64,000 nucleotides of DNA from an uncultured Planctomycetaceae bacterium (GTDB taxonomy: Bacteria > Planctomycetota > Planctomycetia > Pirellulales > PALSA-1355), in the NCBI GenBank assembly GCA_963785305.1, contig CAWAUV010000007.1, positions 1,504,001-1,568,000 of the forward strand. The letters run 5' to 3'. The notes under the pieces are model-generated. The model saw nothing but the letters and a program-made list of their open reading frames with translations. It made no database searches and had not been told where the DNA came from. The translations under genes were made by a program, and so were the position numbers. Shown piece after piece: positions 1-10,661 of the stretch (positions are counted from its first letter, which is position 1; every line of letters begins with the position of its first letter).

Positions 1-1537
1 GCGCCCATCGTGCCGCCGAGCGGCGTCATCAATCCGCCCGGCGCCGGCGGGCCTTCGCAAGTGGGTCCCGCGGCGTAGGGCGCGGTGGTGAATCCACCGA
101 CGCCTTCGGCCGACAGGCCATTGAGCCCGCCCGAATGGTCGCGACCCGCGCCGCGTGGCTGCGGCGGTTGTTCGATCTGCCCGTTGATATAGAAGTTGTA
201 GTCGGAGGTGTTTTCCGAATTCTCGCCCGGTCCGGTCGGCGGCACTTGGTCGCAGTCCATGGCCTCGGCCAGTTCGGGGCGCACGAGCACCAGCAGCTCG
301 ATTTCGTTTTGCGTGTCGGTCATGCGGCGGAACAGGGCGCCGACCAACGGCACATCGCCCAGCACCGGAACCGCATTGCGCGTCGACTCGACGCGCTGCT
401 GGATCAAGCCGGCGAGCGCCAGGGTCTGCCCCATCTTGAGCTCGACGCCGGTATCGACAGTGCGCGTGGTGAAGCCCGGCACGGTGGTGCCATTGAGCGT
501 CACGGCCACTGAATTGTCGATCTCGCTCACGCTTGGCCGCACTTCGAGCCGCACATAGCCATTGCCCAAGATGATCGGCACGAAATCGACCTGGGTGCCG
601 TAATCTTGAAACGCCACGTTCACGCTGCCCAGACCCGACACGACCGGATAGGGCACCTTGCCGCCATCCATGAAGTAGGCTGGCCGCCCGCTCACGGCCA
701 CGAGCGTCGGCTCGGCGAGCACTTTGACGAGCAGGTTCTGCTGGAGCGCTTGAATAAAGCTGAAGAACGAGGCGTTACTTTCGAGCACTCCGAACTGCAT
801 GGTCTCGGTGCCGGTGGTGGTGAAGGAGCCCGTGGTGCGAGCCAGGGACGCGGTCGTGGTGCCTTTGGTAATGAGCCCGCCGATGCTCGAGGTGACGAAG
901 TCGCCCGAGGAGAATTGGGCCCAGTCGATGCCCAGGGTGCGGAGTTTGCTGCGCGAGATTTCCATGATCTTCACATAGAGCACCACCTGCTGCGCCCGCC
1001 CACGGTGATGTTGTTGATCACCTTGGGGTAGTAATCCTCGGCCACGCGGGTGATCTTGCTCACTTGATCGGCCCGGTCCACATAGCCGCTCAGGGCGACT
1101 CCGGTGGCCGTGGGATAGACTTTGATCGACGAGGTTGGAAACAGCGCCTGGAGCGTGAGGGCGAGTTCGCGCGGATCGCCGTTGATCACGACATCGATCG
1201 CGTGGATATTGCCTTGCTCATCCCAGAGATTGACCTGCGTGACGCCGGTCTTCTTGGCATAGATTTGCAGTTGATTGGCCGAGATCGGGGTGAGATCCAA
1301 CAGGTCGGGATTGCTCACCTGGGCGCGGGGAATCTTCATTTCGAGCGTCAGCAGGCGGCTCGAATGAATCGTCATCTCGAGCCGTTCGTTGGCGGCGCGA
1401 ACCTTGAACAAGATCGGCGGGGCGCCGAGATTGGATTGAACCTGGCCGCGGGCCGATTGAGACCCGAGACCTAAGAGCAGCGCGGCCAGCGTGAGCAGGG
1501 CTCGTCCATCAGCGATCGTGACTCGAAAGCGACTCAT
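1..1537 (-). CDS. cpaC: Tad/Flp pilus secretin CpaC/RcpA (runs off window start; one frameshift near 998)
   Basis: ORF 971..1537 has a signal peptide and pilus-formation N-terminal/BON-like region. The alternate frame continues QQVVLYVKIMEISRSKLRTLGIDW...LAEPTLVAVSGRPAYFMDGG...YGTQVDFVP...GQTLALAGLIQ...VPVLGDVPLVGALFR, which are secretin motifs. Lies downstream of cpaB. Confidence 0.93.
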
Positions 1538-1586
1538 CCGTGTGCTTCCTTACCTTCCGTGGTTTGCCAGAGATGCCCGACCGGTG

Positions 1587-2666
1587 TCAGGCGCCGGCGC
1601 CGGTGGTTTCGGCGCTGCTATCCGTGGGAGCCGTTTCCGGCGAGTCATTGGCCTTGGGAGCCTGGGGGTCGACAAGGGCGCCGGTCGAGCCCGGCGGCGT
1701 GTTCGTCGCCGCGGCGGGCGGAGACTCGACGCTCGGCTCCACGAACGGCGCCGCATCCGCTTCGGCGAAGTCGATCGTGCGCATCGTGCTGCCCTCGACC
1801 AGCACCATCTTCCAAGGATGGGCTGGCTGCATTTCCGGCAGCGGCGGCGCGCTAGGGCTCGCTTGCCGCGGATCGAGCGCCAGATTGGGCGGCGTGGCCG
1901 GGCTCTTGGCCGGCTCGGGCGTTTTTATTTCTTGCTCGGCCGAGTTCTTCTCGGCGCCGCCCAGGATATCCATCACTCCGGCCCCGCCGCTGGCGCTTTC
2001 GAGGTCGTCGTCCAGATTGCGAATAATCAACCGCACGCTGCCCATCTCGCTCGCCAGCATCACCTTCTCGGCCTGATTGGGCGTGACCAGCAAGCTCACG
2101 GTCTTGCCGCTTACCAGCGCGCCGTCGCTCTCGTTCTTGCCGACGAACGTCGCGTCGACCGCGTAGACCTTGATATCTTGCAGAATCGTGCGAGCGCTCG
2201 TTTCCATGATGCCGGTGCTCGGGTTCTTGCTCAAGAACACAAGCACGTCGACCCGGTCGCCCGGCACGATCAATCCGGTGCCGCTCACGGAGTCGACGCG
2301 CACATTCACCACCCGCAAGCCCTTGGGGATATTGTCGCTGGGCAGCATCTCGTCGCCCTTGCCACGCAGCTTGCCCAAAAGCACCGGCTCGCCGGCGAAC
2401 AGTTTCTGGCGGCAGCGCTTGCCCTCGAGGTCTTCGAGCTTGGTCACGGCTCCGGCCGGAACCTTGCCCTTGGGCCAATCCTCGAGCTCGATCATCTGGG
2501 CCGTGATCAGATCATTCGGATTGATGTCGGCCGTGGTGACGAAGATCGGCTCCATCTCGGGGGCCGTCGCGCCTTGGCCGCGATCGAGCACCTGGCTGAT
2601 GCCGATCGACGCGACCAGTCCGCAACCCAGGGCCAGGGCAAGCAGCAGGATCGATTTGCTTCGCAT
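1587..2666 (-). CDS. cpaB: Flp pilus assembly protein CpaB/RcpC
   Basis: N-terminal TM helix, SAF-like domain, IPKGLRVVNVRV, GLIVPGDRVDVL, TILQDIKVYAVD and VSLLVTPNQAE motifs; Pro-rich tail; tad context. Confidence 0.95.
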   Translation of the reverse strand: MRSKSILLLALALGCGLVASIGISQVLDRGQGATAPEMEPIFVTTADINPNDLITAQMIELEDWPKGKVPAGAVTKLEDLEGKRCRQKLFAGEPVLLGKLRGKGDEMLPSDNIPKGLRVVNVRVDSVSGTGLIVPGDRVDVLVFLSKNPSTGIMETSARTILQDIKVYAVDATFVGKNESDGALVSGKTVSLLVTPNQAEKVMLASEMGSVRLIIRNLDDDLESASGGAGVMDILGGAEKNSAEQEIKTPEPAKSPATPPNLALDPRQASPSAPPLPEMQPAHPWKMVLVEGSTMRTIDFAEADAAPFVEPSVESPPAAATNTPPGSTGALVDPQAPKANDSPETAPTDSSAETTGAGA

Positions 2667-3070
2667 GGTGGAGAACTCTCGTTCGGAGAAACTTCACAAG
2701 AACTTCGCGGCGTGGGAACCTGCCCGACGCCCGGCGCGACGCGTCGCCTTCAGTGCGTCACCATCAAGAATTGGCTCATTTCTTCGGAAACTTGATCAAA
2801 ACTGACACGACCGTTAGCCTCTCCGCGAGTTGCCCGATCGATGGATTTTGCCGCATCCGATCCAGTCTTCCCGAGTTTCTCGCCGCGGCGCCTTTCGCGA
2901 TCCCTCCAGGGGCCGCAAAGTCGCCGGCGGTCGCGATGTCTTCTCCAGTCGTTTTCCGCCCATCACGCGTCAAACGCAATCTGCTTGCACTGAAGCGGAC
3001 GCCAGTCAGCCTCGCGGGCGTCGTGCTTGCATTGCTCCCGGGCGGAGCGGGGCGACCAGCCTTGGCGCGA

Positions 3071-3637
3071 TCAGCCGAGGAGTCCGCTCCAGGCGAAGTA
3101 GCCGATCGTGCCGAGGGCAATCGGAATTCCGTAGGGCAGCAACATCATCGTGCTCTTGCGTTGGGCGGCGATCGCCGACAATTCGGCGGGGTTATGAATC
3201 GTGGTAAGCTCGCCCAAGATGGTCCAGAACAGGTCGCGATGCCGCATCCAAGCGCCGCGCGAGAGGACCATCACCAGGGCCAGCGTTCCACCGATGATCG
3301 CGGAGCAGCAGAACGCATGGAGCGTGATCGAGCCGCCCATCCAGGCGCCGACACCCGCCAGCAATTTGACATCGCCCGCGCCCATGCCGCCGATCGCATA
3401 AGCCGGCAGCAGCAAAGCCAGGCCCACGCCGGTTCCCACGAGGCTCCAGCCGAGCCCTTCCCAGCCGAGCGTGGCAATGCCAAACGCCCAACCGCCAAGG
3501 ATCATGGGAAACGTGAGCCAGTTGGGCACTTTGAGTTTATAGCCATCGATCACGGCCGCGACGACCAGCGTGATCGTGACGAGCCACACATTCCAATGTT
3601 CGGCCAACGACTGCGAAAGGGCGGCAAAATGAAACAT
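3071..3637 (-). CDS. cpaA: Prepilin peptidase CpaA/TadV (peptidase A24)
   Basis: IDGYKLKVPNWLT, GGMGAGDVKLLA and LPYGIPIALG motifs; multi-TM; between flp and cpaB. Start taken at ATG 3637. Confidence 0.93.
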   Translation of the reverse strand: MFHFAALSQSLAEHWNVWLVTITLVVAAVIDGYKLKVPNWLTFPMILGGWAFGIATLGWEGLGWSLVGTGVGLALLLPAYAIGGMGAGDVKLLAGVGAWMGGSITLHAFCCSAIIGGTLALVMVLSRGAWMRHRDLFWTILGELTTIHNPAELSAIAAQRKSTMMLLPYGIPIALGTIGYFAWSGLLG

Positions 3638-3987
3638 GGTGCGTTTTGTCCTGCGAAAAACCAGTGCGTGTCCAGTGAACTTAACGAGCGGGCGCCTTCC
3701 GTTGCCGCGATCGCGATCCGCGTCGATTCCTCGAATCAACCCACGGCTAGGCGGCTCGGCCCGCGAACAGGTAGGTCGTCGCGGCCGCGAGCATCGCCGC
3801 GCAATAGCAGAGCGCTTCGAACATGGCGCCGATCGACTCGAACGGAAGCAGCGAAATCATAAAGCGTATTCCCGAAGGCATGCGAACCGAGCCCAAACCA
3901 ATTCGGGGGCTCCATCGAAACTCTAGTTCATGTTCGAGGGGTTGGTCGGATTATTTTTTTTCAGCGGCCTTGAAGACCATCGAGCGC

Positions 3988-4034
3988 AAAAAAAATGCCC
4001 AAGACGCCCGCCGGCAGGCGGACATCTTGGGCAT
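3988..4034 (-). terminator. Rho-independent terminator downstream of flp
   Basis: Minus-strand ATGCCCAAGATGTCCGCC-TGCC-GGCGGGCGTCTTGGGCAT forms an 18-bp stem running into a T8 tract. Its two mismatches are G-U pairs only in this orientation. Confidence 0.85.
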
Positions 4035-4123
4035 GGGCGCCTCTCGAGGGAACTACCAGCGGCGGCGGGGCACTATCCTCCAGCCAAGCTGAAAGATATC
4101 TCGATGCGCCTCGCCGCGCGCCG

Positions 4124-4306
4124 TCAGCTCGCGGAGGTGAGTGAATTGGCGACCGTGCTAAACGCCTTGCTGGCGTTGCTGCCCAGGGTGCTGATCGCGG
4201 TCAAGCACACGATCACGATCAGGGCGAGCATCACGGCGTACTCGACAGCCGTGGGTCCGTCTTCCGACTTGAGGAAGCGTTGCATCTTCTTGGCGAAACG
4301 AATCAT
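4124..4306 (-). CDS. flp: Flp family type IVb/c pilin (60 aa)
   Basis: FLKSEDG/PTAVEYAVMLALI Flp motif; RBS AGGAGAGG upstream of ATG 4306. Confidence 0.96.
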   Translation of the reverse strand: MIRFAKKMQRFLKSEDGPTAVEYAVMLALIVIVCLTAISTLGSNASKAFSTVANSLTSAS

Positions 4307-4896
4307 GGGTTCCTCTCCTACAAAATGGCCGGCGCCCGACAAAGGGCGCCGTGAAACGGTTGGACCTCCACCGCCACGTCGATCTCGCAATCGACGCTGC
4401 CTGCCGCCGCGGTTTTGAAATCCGATCGATCGTTACCTCTCAATGCGGCGCTCTCTTGCAGGCGAGTCGCAAGTTTCCCGTGCCGGAGACGAATACCCTT
4501 TCACGGGTTCGCGGGAATTCCGGTCTGGAGCAACTTACGCGAAGCATCGTCTTGGCGCTTCACGAAGGCAGCCGCAATCGCGGAATGCCTCTACGCAACC
4601 ATAGGTCTAAAGCGGTCGGTGTCAAATTCACGAAAACCCGTGTTTTGCCACATTCCGAGAAAAAGGGGCCCTCGCCGCGAGGGCGGCCTCCCCCAATCAG
4701 CCCACCGCGCCAATATTCCCGGGGCGCTGATTCCGCGCTTCGACCATATTTCCCCGCCTCGGGCTCGATCGCCACGCGAATTCTCGTTTTCGCAAGCTAT
4801 CTTTTCCATGCGGGCGGCTTGCGCGACATGATCGTCGCCATCGCTCGATGTTTATGTACACACCAGGTAGATGACCCTCCACGATAAGGCGCTACG

Positions 4897-5934
4897 ATGG
4901 CCTGGCTCGACGCGGTGCTCACACGGCTCTCGGCCACGAGCCAATGGACCTATTTGTCCAGCGGTCCACGCGCCGCCGAGCCGGCCGCGCTGGCCGCGCT
5001 GGCGCTCGTGGCCCATGGCCGCGCCGAGGCGGCCCATGCTCCACTCGACTGGCTTGTCACGCGGCAAGCGGCCGACGGCGCCGTGGCCGTGACCGAAACC
5101 AATGCCAATCCCGCCTGGACCACGGCCTGGGCGGTGCTCGCTTGGCAAGTGGCCGACGCAGCGCTGCCCGGCGGCGCCCGTCGCCGGACCGCCGATCGGA
5201 AAGCGATTGCCCGCGGCGTCGACTGGTTGCTCGCCGCCCGCGGAGAAACCGCGCCCCGCGACCCCGACACCGGCCACGACACGACGCTCGTCGGCTGGCC
5301 CTGGGTGCTCGGAACCCATAGCTGGGTCGAACCGACGGCCTTGGCCGTGTTGGCGCTCCGCGCTTCGGACGCTCTCGAACATCCGCGCACGCGCGAAGCG
5401 ATCCGGCTGCTACGCGATCGCCTGCTGCCCGACGGCGGATGCAACTACGGCAACACGGTCGTCTTGGGTCAGACGCTCCGCGCCCATGTCGAGCCGACCG
5501 GCCTGTGCCTCTGGGCTTTGCCCGCCGCCGACGATGCGCACCGACCGGCCGACGCCTCCAACGGCTCGGGCGACGAATCCGATCGCCGGCTCGCTAAGTC
5601 GCTCGATTATCTCGCCGCCGACGTGGCCACGCAGAGCGCCACGGCGTCGCTGTGTTATGCGCTGCTGGGACTCGCCGCGCATGGCCGGCGTCCGCCATCG
5701 AGCGAACGCCAACTGGCCGCGGCGGCCGAGCGCACTCTGGCCCGCGCGCCGTCGACCTATCGCTTGGCGCTGTTGGCCCTGGCGGCGGGTCATGGAGCGG
5801 TGTCGCTCGTGCCCGGCACGCATGATGCCGCCATCCAGCCTGCCGGCGCCGCGCTGCCCGACGCCGCGTCCAGGGTTTCCGCGGATGAACTATCGCATGT
5901 TTCGCCTGCCCTCTTACCCACGGTGACGCCATGA
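4897..5934 (+). CDS. Prenyltransferase/squalene-oxidase-repeat (alpha/alpha toroid) protein
   Basis: WLVTRQAADGA, LVGWPWVLGTHSWVEPTALA and RLLPDGGCNYGN repeats; overlaps the next gene by 4 nt (ATGA). Confidence 0.7.
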   Translation: MAWLDAVLTRLSATSQWTYLSSGPRAAEPAALAALALVAHGRAEAAHAPLDWLVTRQAADGAVAVTETNANPAWTTAWAVLAWQVADAALPGGARRRTADRKAIARGVDWLLAARGETAPRDPDTGHDTTLVGWPWVLGTHSWVEPTALAVLALRASDALEHPRTREAIRLLRDRLLPDGGCNYGNTVVLGQTLRAHVEPTGLCLWALPAADDAHRPADASNGSGDESDRRLAKSLDYLAADVATQSATASLCYALLGLAAHGRRPPSSERQLAAAAERTLARAPSTYRLALLALAAGHGAVSLVPGTHDAAIQPAGAALPDAASRVSADELSHVSPALLPTVTP

Positions 5935-6994
5935 GCGCGGCGTCCGGCGATCGATCGCCGCTCGAATCGCGCCGTGCGACCGGCAAAACCGCGCGAGGCG
6001 AGATCACGCGCCGGGCACTGCTGGGCGGCGGCGCCGCGACTTTGGCCGGCTGGTTGGCTTGGCCGCGTCTGAAGTCGATCGGCGCCGCGAAAGCTCCCGT
6101 CTTCTTCGCGCGCAATCAGCGCTACGATGGCCCGCTCGAACAAACCCTGGCCGATGGCCTACGGGCCGTGGGCGTCGCGCCGGCTTCGCTCGCTGGGCGC
6201 CGCGTATTGCTCAAACCCAATCTGGTGGAGCCCTCGCGTCTGACACCGCACATGACCACCCATCCGGCGATGATCGTGGCCGCGGCCCATGTGTTTCGCT
6301 CCTGGGGGGCGCATGTCACCGTGGGCGAAGGGCCCGGCCATGTGCGCGACACCGAACTGGCGCTCATCGAGTCGGGCGTGCAGGCGGCGCTCGACGACGC
6401 GGGGCTCGACTTCGCCGATTTGAACTACGAGGAAGTGGAGTGGCGGCCGAATCTCGGTCGGGCCAGCCGACTCGAGGGGTTCTGGTTTCCGCGCTCGGTG
6501 GTCGAGGCCGATCTGATCGTGTCGATGCCCAAGATGAAGACACATCACTGGGTCGGCTTCACCGGCGGCTCAAGAACATGTATGGCGTGATTCCGGGGAT
6601 TAAATATGGCTGGCCGAAAAACGTGCTGCATCACGCCGGCATTCCCGAAACCGTGTACGACATCAACGCCTCGCTCCCCAAGGCGATCACGATCGTCGAT
6701 GGCATCGTGGCCATGGAGGGCGATGGCCCGATCATGGGCTCGCCCAAGCCGATGGGCCTCGTGGCGATCGGGACGAGCCTCACCGCCGTCGACGCCACGC
6801 TGGGCCGGATCATGGGCCTTGCTCCGGAACGAGTCGGCTATTTGCGTTTGGCCGGCGCGGGGCTAGGCCCGATCGACGCGCGACGGATCGAGGAGCGGGG
6901 TGAATCGTGGCGGCAGTTGGTCAGTCCGTTCCAGATTCTCGATAAGCCTCATTTGCAAGAACTGCGGCGCTCGCCGAGCGCGCTCGTGAGTTGA
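5931..6994 (+). CDS. DUF362 domain protein with Tat-like signal (frameshift near 6570)
   Basis: RVLLKPNLV, TTHPAMIVA, EADLIVSMPKMKTHHW, then LKNMYG, IVDGIVAMEGDGP and AVDAT in the next frame; ITRRALLGG near the N-terminus. Confidence 0.88.
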
Positions 6995-7017
6995 GACGAG
7001 ATCGCGGTGCATTCGTA

Positions 7018-9479
7018 ATGAAAAAGCGACAACGCAATCTTGAATCTCGGCCGAGGCGTTCGCCCGCGCCGCGGCGTTGCGCGGCCTGCTTGGCGCTGGC
7101 CGCGCTGGCGATGTTGGCCGTCTTGGCAACGCCTTTTTTCCTCCAACGCGTCTACACGCACGACGACCTGGGCGACTTTCATTTGCCGCTCCGCGCCTTT
7201 TACGCCGAACGGCTCGCCGCCGGCGAATCCTTCGATTGGATGCCCTCGCTCTATTGTGGGTTCTTCGTGACCGGCGAGGGGCAACTCGGCGCCTATCATC
7301 CGCTGCATCAGACGCTCTACCGCGCGCTGCCGCTCGGCGCCGCATTCGACTGGGAGCTTCTGCTGAACTATCCGGCCCTGCTGCTCGGCATGTTCCTGCT
7401 GCTCCGTCGGCTGATCCGTCGCGACGACGCGGCGCTCCTCGGCGCCCTGGTATTCACATTCTCGGGCTTTTGCCTGCTGCATTTCGTGCATCCGAATGCG
7501 ATCGCGGTGGTGGCGCATCTTCCTTGGCTGCTGTGGTCGATCGACTGCGTGGTGCGACCCGTGTCACGCCGCGAACGAGTTTTGGCGCTCGTGGCGGTGG
7601 CGCTGCTCACCGGCTCGCAATGCCTGATCGGCTATCCGCAATATGTGTGGCTCTCGTTGTTGGTCGAGATCGGGTTTACATTGTGGCGGCTCTTCGGGTT
7701 TCTACCGAGCGACGATCCCGCGGCAATCGCCCGGCGGGCATCGATCTTCGATTCGGGTGACGCCTGGAGTCGAGTGCTCGCCGCCGCGGCGCGGCGCAAC
7801 CAATTGGAAGAAGCGATCCAGGGCGCGAGCGATGGCGAAGCATCGGCTCCGCGCGATCGCCGCGGTCGGTTTATCTTGGCGACGAAAATCGCTCTGCTGC
7901 TCGTGGCCGCCAAGGCTTGCGGCGCGCTGCTGGGCGCCCAGCAATTGCTGCCCACGATCGCGGCCCTGGGCGATTCGCTCCGCGCGAAGCCCGACGTGGC
8001 GTTCGCCAACTACGGCTCGTTGCATCCGCTGAATCTGATTCAATTTCTAGCGCCGTATTTATTTCGTACTCGGGTGGTCGGTCAAAACACACATGAGCTG
8101 GGCCTCTACTGCGGCGCGGTTCCGCTGCTGCTCTGCGCTTGGCTGTGGCGCGAGCGAGCCGATTGGGGACGCGTGGCGAGCGTGGCCCGGGCCGGTTTCG
8201 CGCTGCTGGTCGTGGGGCTCGTCTTGGCGATGGGTGAACATGCCGGTCTCTATGAACTGCAGCGCTGGATTCCCGGGGTCAACCATTTCCGCTTTCCTTG
8301 CCGTGCGATCATGCTGGCGCATTTGGCGATCGCGCTGCTCTCGGCGGCGGCCTGGAGCCGCCTGACTTGGAAGGCCCGCCAGCGCTCGCTGAATATGCCG
8401 CGGCTGCGGAGCACGCTCTCGGGCGCTTCGGCCTTGGCTTGCGGAGTGGCGGTGGCCGGCGCCTTGGCATGGCCCGAACGCGCGGCCAGCGCGTGGCTCG
8501 TGGCCGCGGGGCCGGTGCTCGTTTGCACGGGCGCCGCGCTCCTGGCTTTCGTGGGACAATCCCGCGCTGGGCCACGAATGTCACGGCGCTGTTCGTCGCG
8601 CTTGACCTGGGGCTCTACGGTTTCACGGCCGGCGCGCTCGACACCTCTCGCTTGCAAGATTATGTCGCCGCCACGGCCGCGCCGCCCACCTCCGAGGGGC
8701 GCGTGGTCGCCGGTTACGACGCGCTCAAACTCCGCCACGGAGATCGGGTGTTGCTCGCCGGCGCGACGCGCCGATGGCTACGCGGGCCTCGAACCCGCGC
8801 GCGACTCGACTACCAATCGTCGGCGGTCGAGCGCGTGGCCGGAGTGCGTTATCGCCGAGTGGCCAATTCACCCGACTCGCCGCCCGAGTGGCAGGCCGCT
8901 TCGCCGCCGCTTGAGCGAGCGAGGCTGCTCGCGCGGCTCTGGGTGGGCTCGCCGCCACCGACGCTCGCCGGCATTGCCATCGATCGGCTCGCCACGGTGG
9001 AGCAACCGCTCGAGATCGACGCCGGCTCGCCCGGCGCGGCGCGGGTGCTGAGCGACACCCCCGGCCGAATCGTCGTTGACACCGAAGCGCCGGGCCGGCA
9101 GTTGCTCGCCCTCGACGAAGCATTTGACGCTGGCTGGCGGGCCACGATCGATGGCCGGCCGGCGAACGCGGTCCGGGTCTACGGCGACTTTCTCGGCGTG
9201 GTCGCGCCGCGGGGGAAACATCGCGTGGAATTGAAGTTCGCGCCCGAAAGCGTGCGGCTTGGGCGTCTGGCGAGTTTCGCCGGGTTGGGGCTTTTGGCCG
9301 TGGGCGTGTGCCTGGCGGCGGCGACCGGCAACCTGACCGGCGGTCCGGCCGCGTCCTCGCGCGCTCGGCGAACGGCGCCGCGCGGCGCGGTCGATCTGGC
9401 CGCGACGAGCGCCGCCCTTGGAACCTCGTCCGCCACGTATCTCGATGAAAATCCGTATGTGAGGATTCCCAAACTATGA
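7018..9479 (+). CDS. YfhO-like polytopic membrane protein, putative GT-C glycosyltransferase (frameshifts at about 8565-8810)
   Basis: DDLGDFHLP...FDWMPSLYCGF..GEGQLGAYHP, LYCG, FRFPCR and the C-terminal FDAGWRATIDG..GDFLGVVAPRGKHRVELKFAP YfhO signature. Confidence 0.8.
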
Positions 9480-10645
9480 GCCGCTCGACAACCCGCTCGC
9501 ATGAAGAACCCGTCGAAGTCACGCCGAGCAAGACGCCGCGCCGCTCCGCGAAGCTCGCCGCCGACCGGCCGCCGCTCGAGCGCGCGCTGGTGAGCGTGGT
9601 GCTGCCGGTCTACAACGAGGCGCGCGTGCTCAAGGAATTGCATCGCCGAGTGCGGCTGGCGCTCGAAGCGACCGGCGCTCGCCATGAGATTATCTTCGTC
9701 GACGATGGCTCGACCGACTCGAGCCCGCGCCTGCTCGATAAACTCGCGGCGCGATATCCCGCGGTGCGCGTGCTGCATCTCTCGCGCAATTTTGGGCATC
9801 AAGCGGCGGTGCATGCCGGCCTCACCGAAGCCCGGGGCGATGCCGTGGCGCTCATGGACTCCGACCTGCAAGACGAGCCCGAGGCGATCGGCCGCTTTCT
9901 CGACTTGTGGCGCGAAGGCTACGATGTGGTGTATGCGATACGCTCCGAGCGGCAAGAGTCGTGGTGGAAGCGATTTCTGTTTGCTTCATTTCACCGGCTA
10001 TTGAGCTCCGTGGCCAACGTGCCGATTCCGGCCGATGCCGGAAATTTCAGCCTTATCGATGGCCGCATTACGCGCCAGATCGTGGCGCTCGGCGAATGCG
10101 ATCGCTATCTGCCCGGCCTGCGCTCTTGGGTCGGGTTTCGGCAAATCGGCGTGCCGGTGAGGCGCAATTTGCGTTACGACGACCGGCCGCGCGTGTCGCT
10201 CCGCGGCTTGTGGCGACTGGCCAAGACGGCGATCTTCTCGTTTTCTACCGCGCCCCTGGCCATGTTCTACGGCATTGGCTACGCGTCGCTCGGCGTGTTT
10301 CTGCTGCTCGGCGCCGGCTCGGTCTATTGCAAGCTCTTTACCACCTGGACCACGCCCGGCTGGACCTCGCAGGTGATCGTGGCCAGTTTCTTCGGGGCGA
10401 TCAACGCGATGGGCGTGAGCGTTCTCGGCGAATATGTCGTGCGAATCTACGATCAGGTTCGCGGGCGGCCATCGTACATCGTCGGCCGCCGCGTGGGTCA
10501 AGCCGAACCACGGCCCGGGGTCGAGACGACCGCCGGTGAATGCGTCGCCGAGCTATCGCTCGCCAGCCAAACTCGCGAGCTCGCGACACTGGTTGCCGCC
10601 GAGACGGGCGCGTCGACGAGTTCGGGCGCCTCAGCAGCCTGTTGA
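9476..10645 (+). CDS. GT2 polyprenol-phosphate glycosyltransferase (GtrB/ArnC-like)
   Basis: SVVLPVYNE, IIFVDDGSTD, LSRNFGHQAA, MDSDLQD, two C-terminal TM helices, GEYVVRIYDQVRGRP. Confidence 0.93.
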   Translation: MSRSTTRSHEEPVEVTPSKTPRRSAKLAADRPPLERALVSVVLPVYNEARVLKELHRRVRLALEATGARHEIIFVDDGSTDSSPRLLDKLAARYPAVRVLHLSRNFGHQAAVHAGLTEARGDAVALMDSDLQDEPEAIGRFLDLWREGYDVVYAIRSERQESWWKRFLFASFHRLLSSVANVPIPADAGNFSLIDGRITRQIVALGECDRYLPGLRSWVGFRQIGVPVRRNLRYDDRPRVSLRGLWRLAKTAIFSFSTAPLAMFYGIGYASLGVFLLLGAGSVYCKLFTTWTTPGWTSQVIVASFFGAINAMGVSVLGEYVVRIYDQVRGRPSYIVGRRVGQAEPRPGVETTAGECVAELSLASQTRELATLVAAETGASTSSGASAAC

Positions 10646-10661
10646 ATATTTCAACAGGCTG
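10635..10661. repeat. 27-bp palindromic element (copy 1) flanked by TCAG direct repeats
   Basis: TCAG-CAGCCTGTTGAA-TAT-TTCAACAGGCTG-TCAG between convergent genes; related copies at 47095 and 62922. Confidence 0.85.

Noticed and set aside
3015..3031. GG-N10-GC sigma54-like motif on the + strand
   Set aside because: Points antisense to the tad genes with no credible downstream gene; likely chance in GC-rich DNA.
4466..4486. Sigma54 promoter for flp (GCAA-N7-GTGCC on +)
   Set aside because: Spacing is 2 nt too long for the strict -24/-12 geometry.
4560..4625. Possible c-di-GMP-I riboswitch near flp (ACGCAACC..GGTCTAA)
   Set aside because: Wrong strand for flp and lacks the GGCAAA/GAAA P2 hairpin; would need an Infernal RF01051 hit.
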